A DNA stretch of 64,000 nt from Takakia lepidozioides (lineage: Eukaryota; Plantae; Bryophyta). A program made the position numbers and the translations under genes. Within the stretch, counting starts at the first letter, position 1, and each line of letters opens with the position of its first letter. Positions 36,850-49,300 of the stretch are shown in pieces. The stretch covers positions 32,922,001 to 32,986,000 of the forward strand of contig CM060733.1 in assembly GCA_030704615.1 (NCBI GenBank), read 5' to 3'. The notes under the pieces are model-generated. The model searched no databases. It was not told the DNA's origin and was given only the letters and a program-made list of their open reading frames with translations.

Positions 36850-39800
36850 AGAAAGATTCAATAAATGGCAGCAATGGAACTAAGCTTACAGAAATGTGTT
36901 ATCACGGCGATTAGCCATCATACCAAACACGACACACAAGCCTTGTCTAGAATACTAAATAATACAATACCCAACCCTTCCCATATTTGGACCAAGACGA
37001 CCCATACACATGTTTAGGTATACAATTGATACCCTCTCTAAAGCGGAGTACTCAAAAAGACATAACTAAAATAAAACTCCTCTCACAAACATCTGCCTTA
37101 CTGAATTCGCCAGCCACAATGCGCCAAAAATTATTTATTCTCGACACAGTATTCAGAACTTCTATAGAATATCTTTTTCATGCAGCTTCATTCTCTATCC
37201 CGGACATAAATACACTAGATAAAATCATTATACGCCTATCTAAACAAATATGCGGTCTCCCAAATAGCACCCCCAATGCATTAGTGTAGCTACCCAGGAG
37301 CCTCTATGGTATTGGTACTACAACTTTAGCTGAGGCCTACGCCAAAACGTTGGGAACGTAGTTGCAGGAAGCTCTAAACGATGTTGGTAAACTAGGGAAT
37401 ATTTATCAATGACTCCTTAAGCACGTCGCCTCTAAATTTGATGGCTTAGCAAATTTACTGGCTATTAACCCCATTGCATGTACCCACTCCCTAGGACCCT
37501 CTCCATACTCAAACATATGCACATTACGCTGGACACTGCTATGCCCACAATTCAACTTCATCATACATCCCTAGAAAATGCTTGGGACACAAACCCACAA
37601 ATTCATCTCTTCAACCCCGACAATGTACCCCGTAAACAAACCATTCTAAAAAATTTATGCAATTTAATATCACCACAGTCAGACAACTTACAAATGCTAA
37701 TGGCACCAGATTTATTGACCCACATGTTTTTCGACTAAAATACCCCAAACCACCATCGCGCTCCCAGCTTGTTCATTTGCAACACCTCCAAACACTTATA
37801 CTATGCTTTCCCACTCCTGCATGCCTAATACACACATGTCCAAGACAATGTAACTCCTCGCCCCATCATCCATGGGAGCTACTCCCACGATATTCATCAG
37901 CGCAAAACCAAATCCACTATTCTATGGCCCCACATAACCTCAAACACCCCAGCCACAACCACCCCAACCAATTGCTATATCATCGCCACTTACTGTTCAC
38001 TCCACATGACACCCCGTAACACCCGCCCATACACTAAAAGAAATACAAGGCATAACTCAAAAAATATCCTTAGATCAATATGGAGCCACATGTGTCAAAA
38101 CTCTATATAATTGTCAATGAAAGGGAACAACTCCCAAACGTAACACCTAGGAAAACAATGACCACCTTTTTAGCACCCACGGAAACCCCAATCTACACCT
38201 TAATATTCAGATGGTTACTGAACACCACCGACGAACCGACACCCACTACTTGTCGCATATTCATAGCCAACATGCAGATGAACCATAAGCCAGCGATAGA
38301 TGCTTCATCAGCCCGCCAAGTAGTATCCCAAATCTACACATCTCTATAGTTGAATGTAACCCAGATAAAGACATCATGAAGTCTCAGCCCCACATTCATA
38401 CTCACAATAACTTGGCACACATATATGGACCACTAGGGTACTACATTGGTAACATAACACTCCAAAGATTGGAGTGGTTATGGGAAATGTATCATTCCAA
38501 CCCACTCCATCTCACAGACCCGCATACGCCGTCAACATTTGCAGCACACGTCTCCAGACTCATCCAGCGCTACTCACAAGACCTACCACCCAAAACACCC
38601 ACAACAATAAACAAACTTTCACTTGCACACTCCCACTCGACCTTCCCGCGCTCCTTCTACACTTCCGCACCACGGAGCTCCAACTCACTCACTCATACTA
38701 CTCTAACCCTCTCACATGCCCACTGGGTTTATCTACTTACTCGAGCTTACAAGACATTGATCAGTACTTTGGATCCCTGTGAACTGCAAGGTCTCACCAG
38801 TGGCAAGGGCGAGGGTTTGCACACCCCCCTAATGCCGCTTCTGCCAGTGAAGCGCTTCATTGGGCGCGCATTGCTGCACATATGTCACCAGAATCATTTA
38901 CCATCTTATTTATTCCTAATAATACTAACCATACCAACTCTAAACACCCAATACTAAGCGACCCCCCTGGAGTATTCACGTTAGCTATATTTGAACCCCG
39001 CTCAATCATTTATCAACCCCCACCGTTGTGGTGCAATTACATGAAATATCAAGAACCATTACTAATTAAACTAGTATGTATACACCACTCGCACAACCCG
39101 CAAATACCTACTACTTTCTACCATCAACTGGACCAGATTCTAAAACATATTTGATCACACAGCCACGGTCCACCCGCCTACCCAAATACCCCCGAATCAA
39201 TCCGGACAAACTATGGAGACGTGTGACCCCTAGGCCTCTTTGGGCAGCGAGACAAAAAACCTTTGCTCCACCACTCCCAAATTTCACGGAACCCACAACC
39301 TTGAAATTCCCACCACAAAAATGCATATATACTGATGGCTCCTTAAAAGATGCCCAAGCGGGTTATGATATATATTTGGTTGGAACCAACACCAAAATAT
39401 ATAGCCGTCTCCCCGGTCGCCAGAATATCCTGGGAGTGGAACTTATGGCTATACATGATGCTCTGAAGTCCCTCCCCCTACCAACCTACTTCAACATACT
39501 ATTTATTTACAGATAGTTTGGTCTCCCTATACCTTCTCACCAACCAAATTTGCATGCCATCATCACAGATCCACCATCCTGATACTTCACTTATAAAAGG
39601 AATCGTTGATGTTGTATCCTCTTTACCGTTGCAAATCCATATACGTAAAGTTCACACAGGCATAATAGGTAATGACATAGCAGACCATCTTGCTCAACTT
39701 GGTGCTATTCAGCCAATCACCAACCCCTCGACCAGCCCTATCCACCGGTCACACACATACTCGGCTCATATCTACAAGGGCTACACTTGGGCTACATTCC

Positions 39801-40767
39801 CGACCATAGCACCTATACAGAATCTGCACACACACATTCAAGGACCAAACTACTCATACAAGAATCCCGCACCTACAGAATTTCCTACATATCTAAGTGG
39901 ATCTCGTCCCTACATATGCTACATAGTATGTCCAATCATTTTTGGACATCCCCTAGGGTTACTGATGCACAAATCAAACAAACTTTGAAATTTCGGTATG
40001 GTCAATACATGGGCAATCAACGACGGAACTTGTTCTGGCCATTATTATATCGTAATAACCACTGTGTGTTATGTTCATCCCAAAATCCCCAAATAGATAC
40101 ATGGCCACACTTACTTCTCCACTGCAACCACCCCATAGTTCATGGGTTGCGGGTAACTAGACATAACCAAAGGGTTAGACAACTCCACAAAATTCTCACT
40201 TCACATCTGAAATCCAGATGGTTTAACCTCATCAATGCAGGCACGTTCCAAGGTCGCCAACCGGACCACACTATACCCCCATGGTTGCTACCGTGTGTAT
40301 GCTCCCATGGGCACACATGCCTTTGCCTGGCAAAGCTATGCCCAGATATTTTGCTAGTCCAGGGACTTCCTATACTGGCATTGCCACGAACAGAACCGCT
40401 TCCATCTCTCAAATGATACATTTTTTGGAATTCGCAGATCAATCAATTATGTACAAACATGAAAAATATGACCCAATCATACATGCCCTCCGTCAGCGAG
40501 GCTGGAAAACGACACCTCTGACCGTCATCACTGCGGGTGTTAGGGGCGGTGTTTATACCCATAATATCCAAGGTTTGAAAGATAATCTCAACCTACCACC
40601 CCAAATATACTACACCTCTATTATGAGCCTTACATTTCACGGCTATTACATCACTCACATCCCTAATCCTCAATAAATTTAAGATTGAAAGTGGTCAGCT
40701 AGCCACTGTGTGACAAGTTACGGTGCGGAATATAGAGTCCACCCCCATTTATAGAAAAAAAAAAACC
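36850..40767 (+). mobile_element. 5'-truncated, degenerate Dualen/RandI-like non-LTR retrotransposon (RT C-terminus, MTase-like segment, RNase H, CCHC, restriction-like endonuclease)
   Basis: RT thumb WAAMELSLQKC..DPYTCLGIQL..ICGLP..GIG..ALND.GKLG; RNase H CIYTDGS..ELMAI..DS..RKVH.TGIIGNDIAD; CVLC..DTWPHLLLHC; RHN..PDILLV..LEF..KHEKY..ITAGVRG; poly(A) at ~40755. Confidence 0.75.
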
Positions 40768-41394
40768 ATTGATTCTCTTTATCATTATCTCATTACACTG
40801 AGAGCTTGATACTCTGGTAATCTAAAATAGTACGCGGGTAGGGTCTGAAGTACAAATCCCTTTTGAAGAAATTTTAGGAAGCTGAACTATTTTGTGTCTA
40901 TACATGAGGACTATGAGAAAGGAACAAAGATTATATATAGATGTAAATAAGTGGACCTACAAATAATATTTAAAGTTACTCGGAGGATAAATAATCCTCT
41001 AATTTAGTTATTAGTTATTACCCTTATCATGAAAAAACGAGGGTCATTTTCTTTAAAGGGGATGAAACGATGAAACCCGAGTATTTTATTTAAGTGGGGG
41101 AGAAAAAAAACTTTTCTCTCGTTTCTCTCTTTTGCTCTTTCTTCGGATCTCTCCTTGAATGATTTATCTACAATGACTGATACCAGAAACCAGATATTGG
41201 AATTGAAGTCCCCAAACAAAAGGAAATGATCTAGGGCTTTTTATGTCTGGAAAATGTCGTCGCTGCTCCCCCCACCTGCAGGCTTCAAATGGATTTCCAC
41301 ACTTCACCCTGCTGACAAAATGACAAGATTCAGATTTCTTCCAACTTGGCCATCAAATTGCGGGGACACTATAGGCCTTATCCATGTTGTTCCA

Positions 41395-44300
41395 TGAATC
41401 TCTCCCTGACTAGCTGGAACATTCGGGGAATAAGGTCTGATCACTCTGCCCCAAAAAGGGCAAGAATCAGACACTGGGCCTCCAATTCATCAATCACTCT
41501 TCCCTTAGAGAGAGAGAAGACTCCGGCCAAGGCCGGCATAACTAAGAGCTACTTCGCCTTGCAGCTACTGCCCCCTTTTGGGGGTGGGATTCTTCCCTTA
41601 TTTTCTTTCAAGAGCATAAGCTAGACGCTGCCAAAATTAACTCTCTAGGTGCTTCTATTTGGCCTTCTCATGTTGCATTTTGGAATCCCACAGTGGTGGA
41701 CACTAGGGGGGGAACGGCGATCTTGGCCTCCCCCACCTTGGGTCCCATTATTTTGGCCAATGACATCTGGGTCCAGGGTCGGGTTCAGTCCATCACCATA
41801 GACCTAGGCCAGTCCATTGGAAAGGTAGGGATTGTCAATGTGTACGCTCCCAACTCTGAGGAGGATAGAGTTCAGCTCTGGTCTGAAAGTGCTGTAGCAG
41901 CCGGACATTCATTACTGGGTGGTTGGAGGTGACTTTAACATGGTTGAATTTGAAGGAGATCGCTCGGGTTCCAATGTCCAAAATATCTCTGTTTGTTGAA
42001 AGGGATGCTTGGGATTCCTTATGTATGGCGATTGGGCTACTTGATGCCTCTCCCCCGCTCGACGGAGAACTAAGGTACACCTGGTCTAACAACAGAGACC
42101 CTCCCAACCTCTCCATGGCCTGTCTAGACCGTTTTTATTGTTCGGCTCACATGCTAAACTAGTGTATCAGATCCCCCATTCATCCCATCCCCCCCCCCCC
42201 CCCCCCGGTTTTGACCACTCCGCAATCCAGCTATTCCTTCACACCCCACGTTCTAGGGTCAAGGGAAGAGGATTCTTCAAACTCAACCCCTCTTTTCTCT
42301 CCGACCCTGAGGCAGTTAAAATTCTTCAAAGGGCTTGGTCCTCTACTGACCTTCCCTTCTCCTCCCCCACGGTCCTCTTTATGTCCAACCTCCAATCTAT
42401 AAGAAGCACTTGCCAGCAACTGTCTAGACAGAAGGCTGAGGAAGCTTCTCGCAAGGAGAAGACACTTACCAAATGCCTGCAAGTCTGCCAGTTTCCGTTG
42501 CAAGAGGGTAAAGGTGACTCTTAGACCCGGCTCTCCTATAGAACAGCCAAAAAGAACCTAGCCCTCCTCCTCTACTCCAGGGAACAATTCATGAAAATTA
42601 AGGCGGGTGTGAACTGGTCACTCAAGGGAGAAAAAATGTCCAAGTACTTTTTTGTTAAGGCAGCACAACGTCGATCCTCCACCTTGATTCCCTCTTTGAA
42701 AGATACCTCTGGTCAGCCTTCATCGGACCCCAAGAAGATGACCAATACTGCAGCTGATTTCTTCAGACATCTTTTTCAGGCAAGTCCACACCCTCCCAAG
42801 GTAGCTGAGGCCAGACAAATCCTCCTGCACAACATCCCCTGCTCGCTAACCACTTTGGATAAGGGGGATGGCAAAACCGTTCACTGTGCAGGAACTGGGT
42901 GACGCAGTGGATGCTTTGGCCTCTATGACGAGCCCAGGTCCGGATGGTCTCCCATTGAACTTTTCAAGGCTCTTTGGCAGACGATGGGGGAGGACTTTCT
43001 CCGCATGGCCGACGATATATTTCAGAAGTAGCTGATGTCTTCCCAGATGTCTGAAGGCCTTATCACCTTGATCTATAAAAATGGTGAGAGAGACAATGTG
43101 GCGAACTACCGCCCCATTATCCTACTCAAATTCTTCATACAAAATAATTGCGGTAGTTCGCCCTTGCCTTGAGGCTGCAACCATTGTTACAAAAAATCAT
43201 CAGGAAAGAGCAGTCTGGTTTCCTCAAAGACCGCATGATTTTGGATAACATTTTGTTGGCACATGAGGCCCTCCATAGAGCTACCTTGAACAATCAGCCT
43301 TTAGCGTTTTTAAGGCTAGACTTTGAAAAAACTTTTGATTCAATTGACTGGACCTTCCTTCTTGCTGCTATAGATAAATCAGGGCTGGGAGGCAATTTCC
43401 GGACGTGGGTTCAGATTCTGCTGTATTCGGCCTCAAGCAAAGTCATGGTGAACGGGGTTATATCTCATTCCTTCCCTATCTCTAGGTCGGTTAGGCAATG
43501 ATGCCCTTTAGCTCCATTTCTTTTCCTCATAGCGGTAGACTCTCTTGGGCATCTTTTTCAAGCAAGACATGATATAGTGGGCCTTCATTTGTCTACCTTC
43601 GTACCTGAAATGATCAAGCTTTCCATGTATGCTGATGATACCACCCTGTTGTTGGATAATTCAAATTGGGACAATATCCAGTGTGCCCTTCAGGCCCTAC
43701 AGATATTTTGTTTAGGCTCGGGGTTGAAGATCAATTGGCGAAAGTCCATGGGTCTGCTCTCGCTGCTGCAGAACCAAACTACATCATCACACTGCGACCC
43801 CTGGGAACAAGACATTGGTCTCAATTGGCTTCCTGAAGGGGAGTCCCACACGCTTCTGGGACATCAGATTGGTCTCAACCTGTCCCAACAAAGCATCTTG
43901 AGTGTGGTTATCGCTAGGTTGAAGAGATCTTTTGCTCACTGGAGCTCAGCCATGCTGTCCATAGCTGGAAGAGCCTTGGTGGCCAACCAAGTACTTCTCG
44001 CCTCCACTTGGTTCTCTGCTGCAGTCTGGGATCCAAGAACCAAGCTCACAAATGAGATCAAAGCTCTTGTCAGGAATTTTATTTGGGGGGCAACCACACA
44101 CTCTCCCGTGAGACGTGCCCTCATCTCATGGGATCAGCTTTGTCAACCTAAGAAGAAGGGAGGGCTTGGGATTATTGATCCTGCAACGCAGATCAAAGTG
44201 CTTTTGGCCAAATGGATCCCCAAAGCCTCGATTCATCGTCACAGTCCTTGGAGCAAGCTCATTATCTCATGGGTGTGCATCATAGTAAGGAATCTCCTCC

Positions 44301-45420
44301 CCACTATGGACTCAATCACTACGATGGGTGGTGGAAGAAAGGAATGTGAATGTGCACATGGAATCGAGACCTTGGCAGTCAATATGGGCAGCTTGGCAAT
44401 CCATAAGAGGTTCCCTTACTCAAAGAATTCCTCTCAATTACGCTGAATGCTCCCACCAGCCGCTCTTTGCAAACTACCTATAACATGGACTCTAGTATGT
44501 TGATTGACCATAACCCAAAATGGGCATTCTGGGAGCATTGTGGGTTTATCCATATGGGCAGCATCTGGGACCAGAACCATTTCTTGGCTGCAGAAGCAGT
44601 CAGCCCTATTCTTGGCCCGAGACGAGCCAGGGCCTGGCCTGTGTTACTTGATGAAGTACCGAAATATATGAAGCCTGCACTGCTTAGAGATGGAGATTCC
44701 TTCATGGTCTCCACCCACCTGGACGGCTTCAACTTTGCATAGAGGTAACACAGTCCCCCTAGTCCTAGCGGTGAGATTGGGCATGCAGCCTCTGGTATAG
44801 CCTTTGAAGTTGACTTTCATGGGACGCTTCAACTCGATGGAATGATGGATCTGCCGAAGAGTTCTCTATTTCCCATTAGGGTGCTTGATTCCAAAGGAAA
44901 TCCAAACCCAAGACCTCCAATGGGTCAAGAAATGACATGGGCTCGGCATTCTATTTTCACGTGGTTTCTTAAATACCCCTTGGCTTCCCTGCAGTTTGAC
45001 TCAGGGGAATGGAGCTGGATGGACTCCCACCACTCACCCTTTTTTGCCTACTCAGTGAAGATGGCCTACTCGCTATTTAAGGCCTCCCCGATCCTTTCTT
45101 CACAAATGGAATTTGAAGTGGAGTCACCTAGTCCGTCTTTCGCAGCAAACCTGGGATAAGGTATGGAAAGATATCTGGAGGAAGCCAAAAGCAGCTAAGA
45201 TCTTAGGCTTTTTGTGGAAGTTGGCACATAGGATCTTGCCAGTCAATGCTGCTACCATCCTCAACAACACCTGCTGCAACTTGTGTTTAACTCTGCCTGA
45301 GTTTGAGGTAAACGACTTTCCTCTCTCTCTAAGTCCTTTGCCATGATCGCCCTTCAGTTCTTTTACGTGTGCTTCATAGGATGTTCCCTGTTAGCTTAAA
45401 CAGTGGCTCCTATTGGAAGC
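41395..45420 (+). mobile_element. Degenerate L1/Tx1-clade LINE ORF2 (APE endonuclease, RT, zf-RVT)
   Basis: SWNIRG, NVYAPN, GGDFN, YTWSN, LDRFY, DHSAI; PGPDG, NYRPI, EQSGF, LDFEK.FD, VRQ.CPLAP, YADD; WKDIW..KILGFLWKLAHRILPV..CNLC. Many stops and frameshifts. Confidence 0.92.
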
Positions 45421-45682
45421 ACGTAAGTGCTTCAGTGACATTGCTTTGATCTCCATTGTAGATTTGGGGCACACCTAATCTGCCTCTGTCAAGCAAGTAG
45501 AATGCAGGCAGCCTGCAACAACCTCGGCAGTCAGCTCGTCTTTTTTGTTTGGGCTTACTTCTTCTTCTACTGCCCCTGATTCCACCACCCCGCCCTCGCT
45601 CCCCCTTTTGGAACCATAATCCCACATGCTAGCTCTTACCTTCTAGCCCCCGTCAATCTTCCTCCCTGTCTAGCACCTCATG

Positions 45683-46055
45683 TAGGGTAAAACACCCTAT
45701 GACCGTTATAGTTCCTATGACCGTTCACCTCATAATTACTTGGGTCAGGCCTGCATGAGCGACCATGGCTGGGCCCAAGACTGCTCATTTTTGCCACTTG
45801 GCAAACAGTTGTTTGATAGAATCCCCAAGAAATATGAGTGGTCATAGGGCTCAAACTTCACACAAGCATTCGGATTGGTTCAACTTTGAAACCCCATAAC
45901 TTTGTGTGGATTTCATGAAATCATGCACTTCCAAATGTGTTGGGATGCCCCAGATGTGGGGCATCTTATCAATTTCTCCGGGGTAAAAACGACAAAAATT
46001 CACCGTCAGATCTTCCGCCATCTTTAGATGAACGGTCATAGGGTGTTCTACCCTA
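45683..46055. mobile_element. MITE of ~370 bp with ~23-bp TIRs and TA target duplication (Tc1/mariner-like)
   Basis: TA|GGGTAAAACACCCTATGACCGTT ... AACGGTCATAGGGTGTTCTACCC|TA, with extra internal copies of the CCTATGACC core. Confidence 0.8.
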
Positions 46056-46325
46056 GCAAGTTAGCTTTGGCTCCGGGGGAGTTTTTATTTTTTATTTTTT
46101 AGAGGAAGTCCCCCCCTCAGTTAGCCTTCACGGCCTTCCTAAGGTGGTTATTTTTTCCACCTGTTGTCACATTTCTTTTTAATTAATTTGAGTAAAAGGG
46201 CATCCGTCCCCTTTCTCCTAAAAAAAAAAAAAGAGAAACAAAAAAAGGGAAGAAATGATCAGGCAACAAAAGATGTGGAGGAACTGCAGAGTGTGGGGGA
46301 TCGGTTGGGTTTGTGGGTGTGCAGC

Positions 46326-49300
46326 ATGGACGCGGTTGCTGTGGAAGGTGAGATTTCTAAGCTATTTCCATGGAGGGAGAGTCTGGGTCCTGTTGAAGGT
46401 GTTGACTTGGGAAATGCTTGGTGGGTTTTGTATTACATGTTTTAACAATTTTCGTCGCTATTGAGAACGGAAGGCCCCACAGGTTATGATGTAGCCTTGC
46501 TCAAAGTAATGGGAATCTCCTCCCTGTGAAGGTGTGGTAGATTATCTGACCCCCTCGAGACAATGTCTCGTCCTACATGAATTTGTGAGAAAATTCAAAG
46601 AAAGAGATAGATAGGTAGAGCGAGAGAGAGCATGTTGCAAGAGTCTGTTGGTAATCGGATACGAGAAATCTGCTTGGTCAACTTTGAAGCAGATACTGAG
46701 ATTGTGCACAGAACCCCATTTTAGATTACTTTTTGTACTCTGCACTTAACTTTTTGTAGTAGAGAATAGGGCGGCTCAAGCTGAGGAGATGGAAGCTCTA
46801 CGTTCCATATATGGAGAAGAATGCAGTATCAATACGACTGACTACGTTTGCAAGGTAAGCCGTTTTTTGGCGGTAAATTCTGAAGGTGCAGACTTCATTG
46901 AGTGAATTCGTGTGCATTAGTATCGTTTGAAATGAGGGGAAAGAAAAGAAAGAAAGGATGGAGCTTTATGACGGATTCTAATTTGGTGCCAGGGGAAGGT
47001 AGAGACGAGACTGTGAGACCGAAATTGAGTGGTGCGTACAATGTGTATGTGAGAGAGAGAGACTAAGAAGAAGAAGAAATATATTACGTCCACAGGTGCT
47101 CAGTGGGCCTCTGGGACACTGTAGAACAACAACAAAACAAATGAACAGAACAGAACAAGAGACCCCAATGTTTACATGTTTTCCTCCATACACTTTGGAA
47201 TGTTCTCACCTCCCTGCCCATATTATCACTGTACCCTATTTCTAATCTCCTGGACTCATGCTTAAAAGTAGCCATGTGATCTTGTAGCATTTACACCATG
47301 CTTCAATGCCCATATCCAGTACATGGAGTAACCTTGCGGGACTTTCTGCAGGTACAAGTTTCTGGGGCAAATGGCAACAGTCAACCAGGGCCAATGCTGC
47401 AATTGTGTGTCTACTTTCCTGAATTGTATCCCTCGATGTCATACCCCATTGTCGAGTTCAATGCCCCCTGGCTTGCGGAGGATGCACGACAAAGATTGTC
47501 AGATTCACTTGTCAAAATCTTCGAGGAAGCTGCAGGGGACGTCATTGTCTTCAAATGGGTCGAATGGCTGAAGGTGCTACTCCCTTTTTGTGAGTTTCAT
47601 GTCATCTGGAGTGTGATTAGCAAAGGGATATTGCAGGAATGCTGGAGTTTGAAAGTCTGGTTCAGTCTGACTGGTTGAGGTATGGTTTTGGTTGCATATC
47701 ATCAGCAGCTTGCATTCATCATGTGCTGGTGCAGGTTGCTCTTGTGATCTTTGCGATAAGACAGAGTAAAATCGTTTCTATGCTTATAAAGCTCCTTTCT
47801 TCTTTCTTGCAGAGAATAAGTTAAGCACAGGTTTTTCTAGCAGGCAAGTTATGGAGGAGTCCTATGTTTCATTCCAAATTGTATGCAGGAACAGATTTGG
47901 TTGTGGGAAGAAGCAGAGCATTGGTGGCAGACTCTGAGGCCTGTAGCTGCATCGTCAGGGCAGCCCATACCAGGTCCATCCTGCAACACCAGCTCTGAAA
48001 TTTGTCTGGAGAGGGTTCTGCAGACATCTATTCTTCTATTACTCTTTAAGACAATGCGTTGTGCTAGGTAGATCCAGGCAATGAGCGCTAGTAATTCATC
48101 CAGCAACCCCTGGGTGGAACAGAAGAATTGAAGAAATTTAGTATGACCATGGGAGGCCAGAGGGCCTATGAAACACAACAGGATGGCCGTCCAGAAGTGT
48201 GAGTGAGAGAAGGAACAAATGAAATGAAATGAAATGGTGCTTTATAACGTCCGCGGAAAGCTCGTAGAGCTTATGGGACAAAATGGAAGAAAACATGAGA
48301 GAGGAACAAATCCAGAAACCACAATTAATGTTCTAGCGATTGTCTAAGGGTGAAGGCTCGTGCAGGTAGGCTGCCAAGCATTTTTGATCCTCATAGTGAA
48401 AGACATCAGTGAGAGTTTGGGTTCCACTGAATAAACAGTGAAATCTCCCACGGATCTCGTAGTATAGAGGGCAGTAGAACAAAGAAAGAAAGAAACTTGA
48501 CATCCACAGAACCCATAGGACAAACAATGATGACAAGAAATAATACATCAAAAGATTCCAATGAGAAGTGGATGTAACTCGGTATCATCATGGTGCGCTG
48601 TGGCCTTGGTTTCAACTGGTTGCTGGGAAGGTTCATGCAGTTGGCAGTAAATTTTGAGACTCGCTGATTTGTGGGTTTGTGCTGTTGGGATGCGCTATAG
48701 TTAGCGATGACGAGGCAACACCGACCTTATCTCAATGCCCAATGTAGGTTGAAAGCTTAATCCCCTCTTTTCTACCTCTTTGTTTGTGTGCTGAGCCAAT
48801 GAACATGCCTTATCCAATTTATTGGACAGGTGGGTTGGTTGGACTGGTTACCTTCTCATCTTAGGGGTTGATTGGCATAAGCAGGCCTGAGGGAAGAGCA
48901 GAAGATGGGAGGACAGAGGGCTCTAGGAGGTTGCTGGATGAGAAGAGCTTACAAGAGCTTGACAGGGTACTTGGCATCGTCCATGGAGCTCCCTTCACTG
49001 AAAAGAAGAGTAAATTCTTTCAAGACTTGTATTCAATGGCTCCCCGCAGGTAGAATAGGAGAGGATTAGTGTTGATCGAGAGTTGGGCTTTGTTGGTTGG
49101 CTCTCCTACATGATGAGAAGCACCATGCTGACACTAAGTGCAAAGTTGTGTCTTTTTCTAATTTTGGTGAAAACTCCCAGAACTGCTCATCAATCTCTCA
49201 TCTTGTCTGTGCGTGGTCCTATTTCTCATAGAAGCCTCTTTGCTTTGTTTAGAATATTTCAGTGTTTGCCTTGGGATTGTGATGGGTCAGGTACTTTTCA

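Noticed and set aside
46757-46762. NAGNAG tandem acceptors (here and at ~58076-58081 and ~59421-59426)
   Set aside because: Common in plant genes and would change only one residue.
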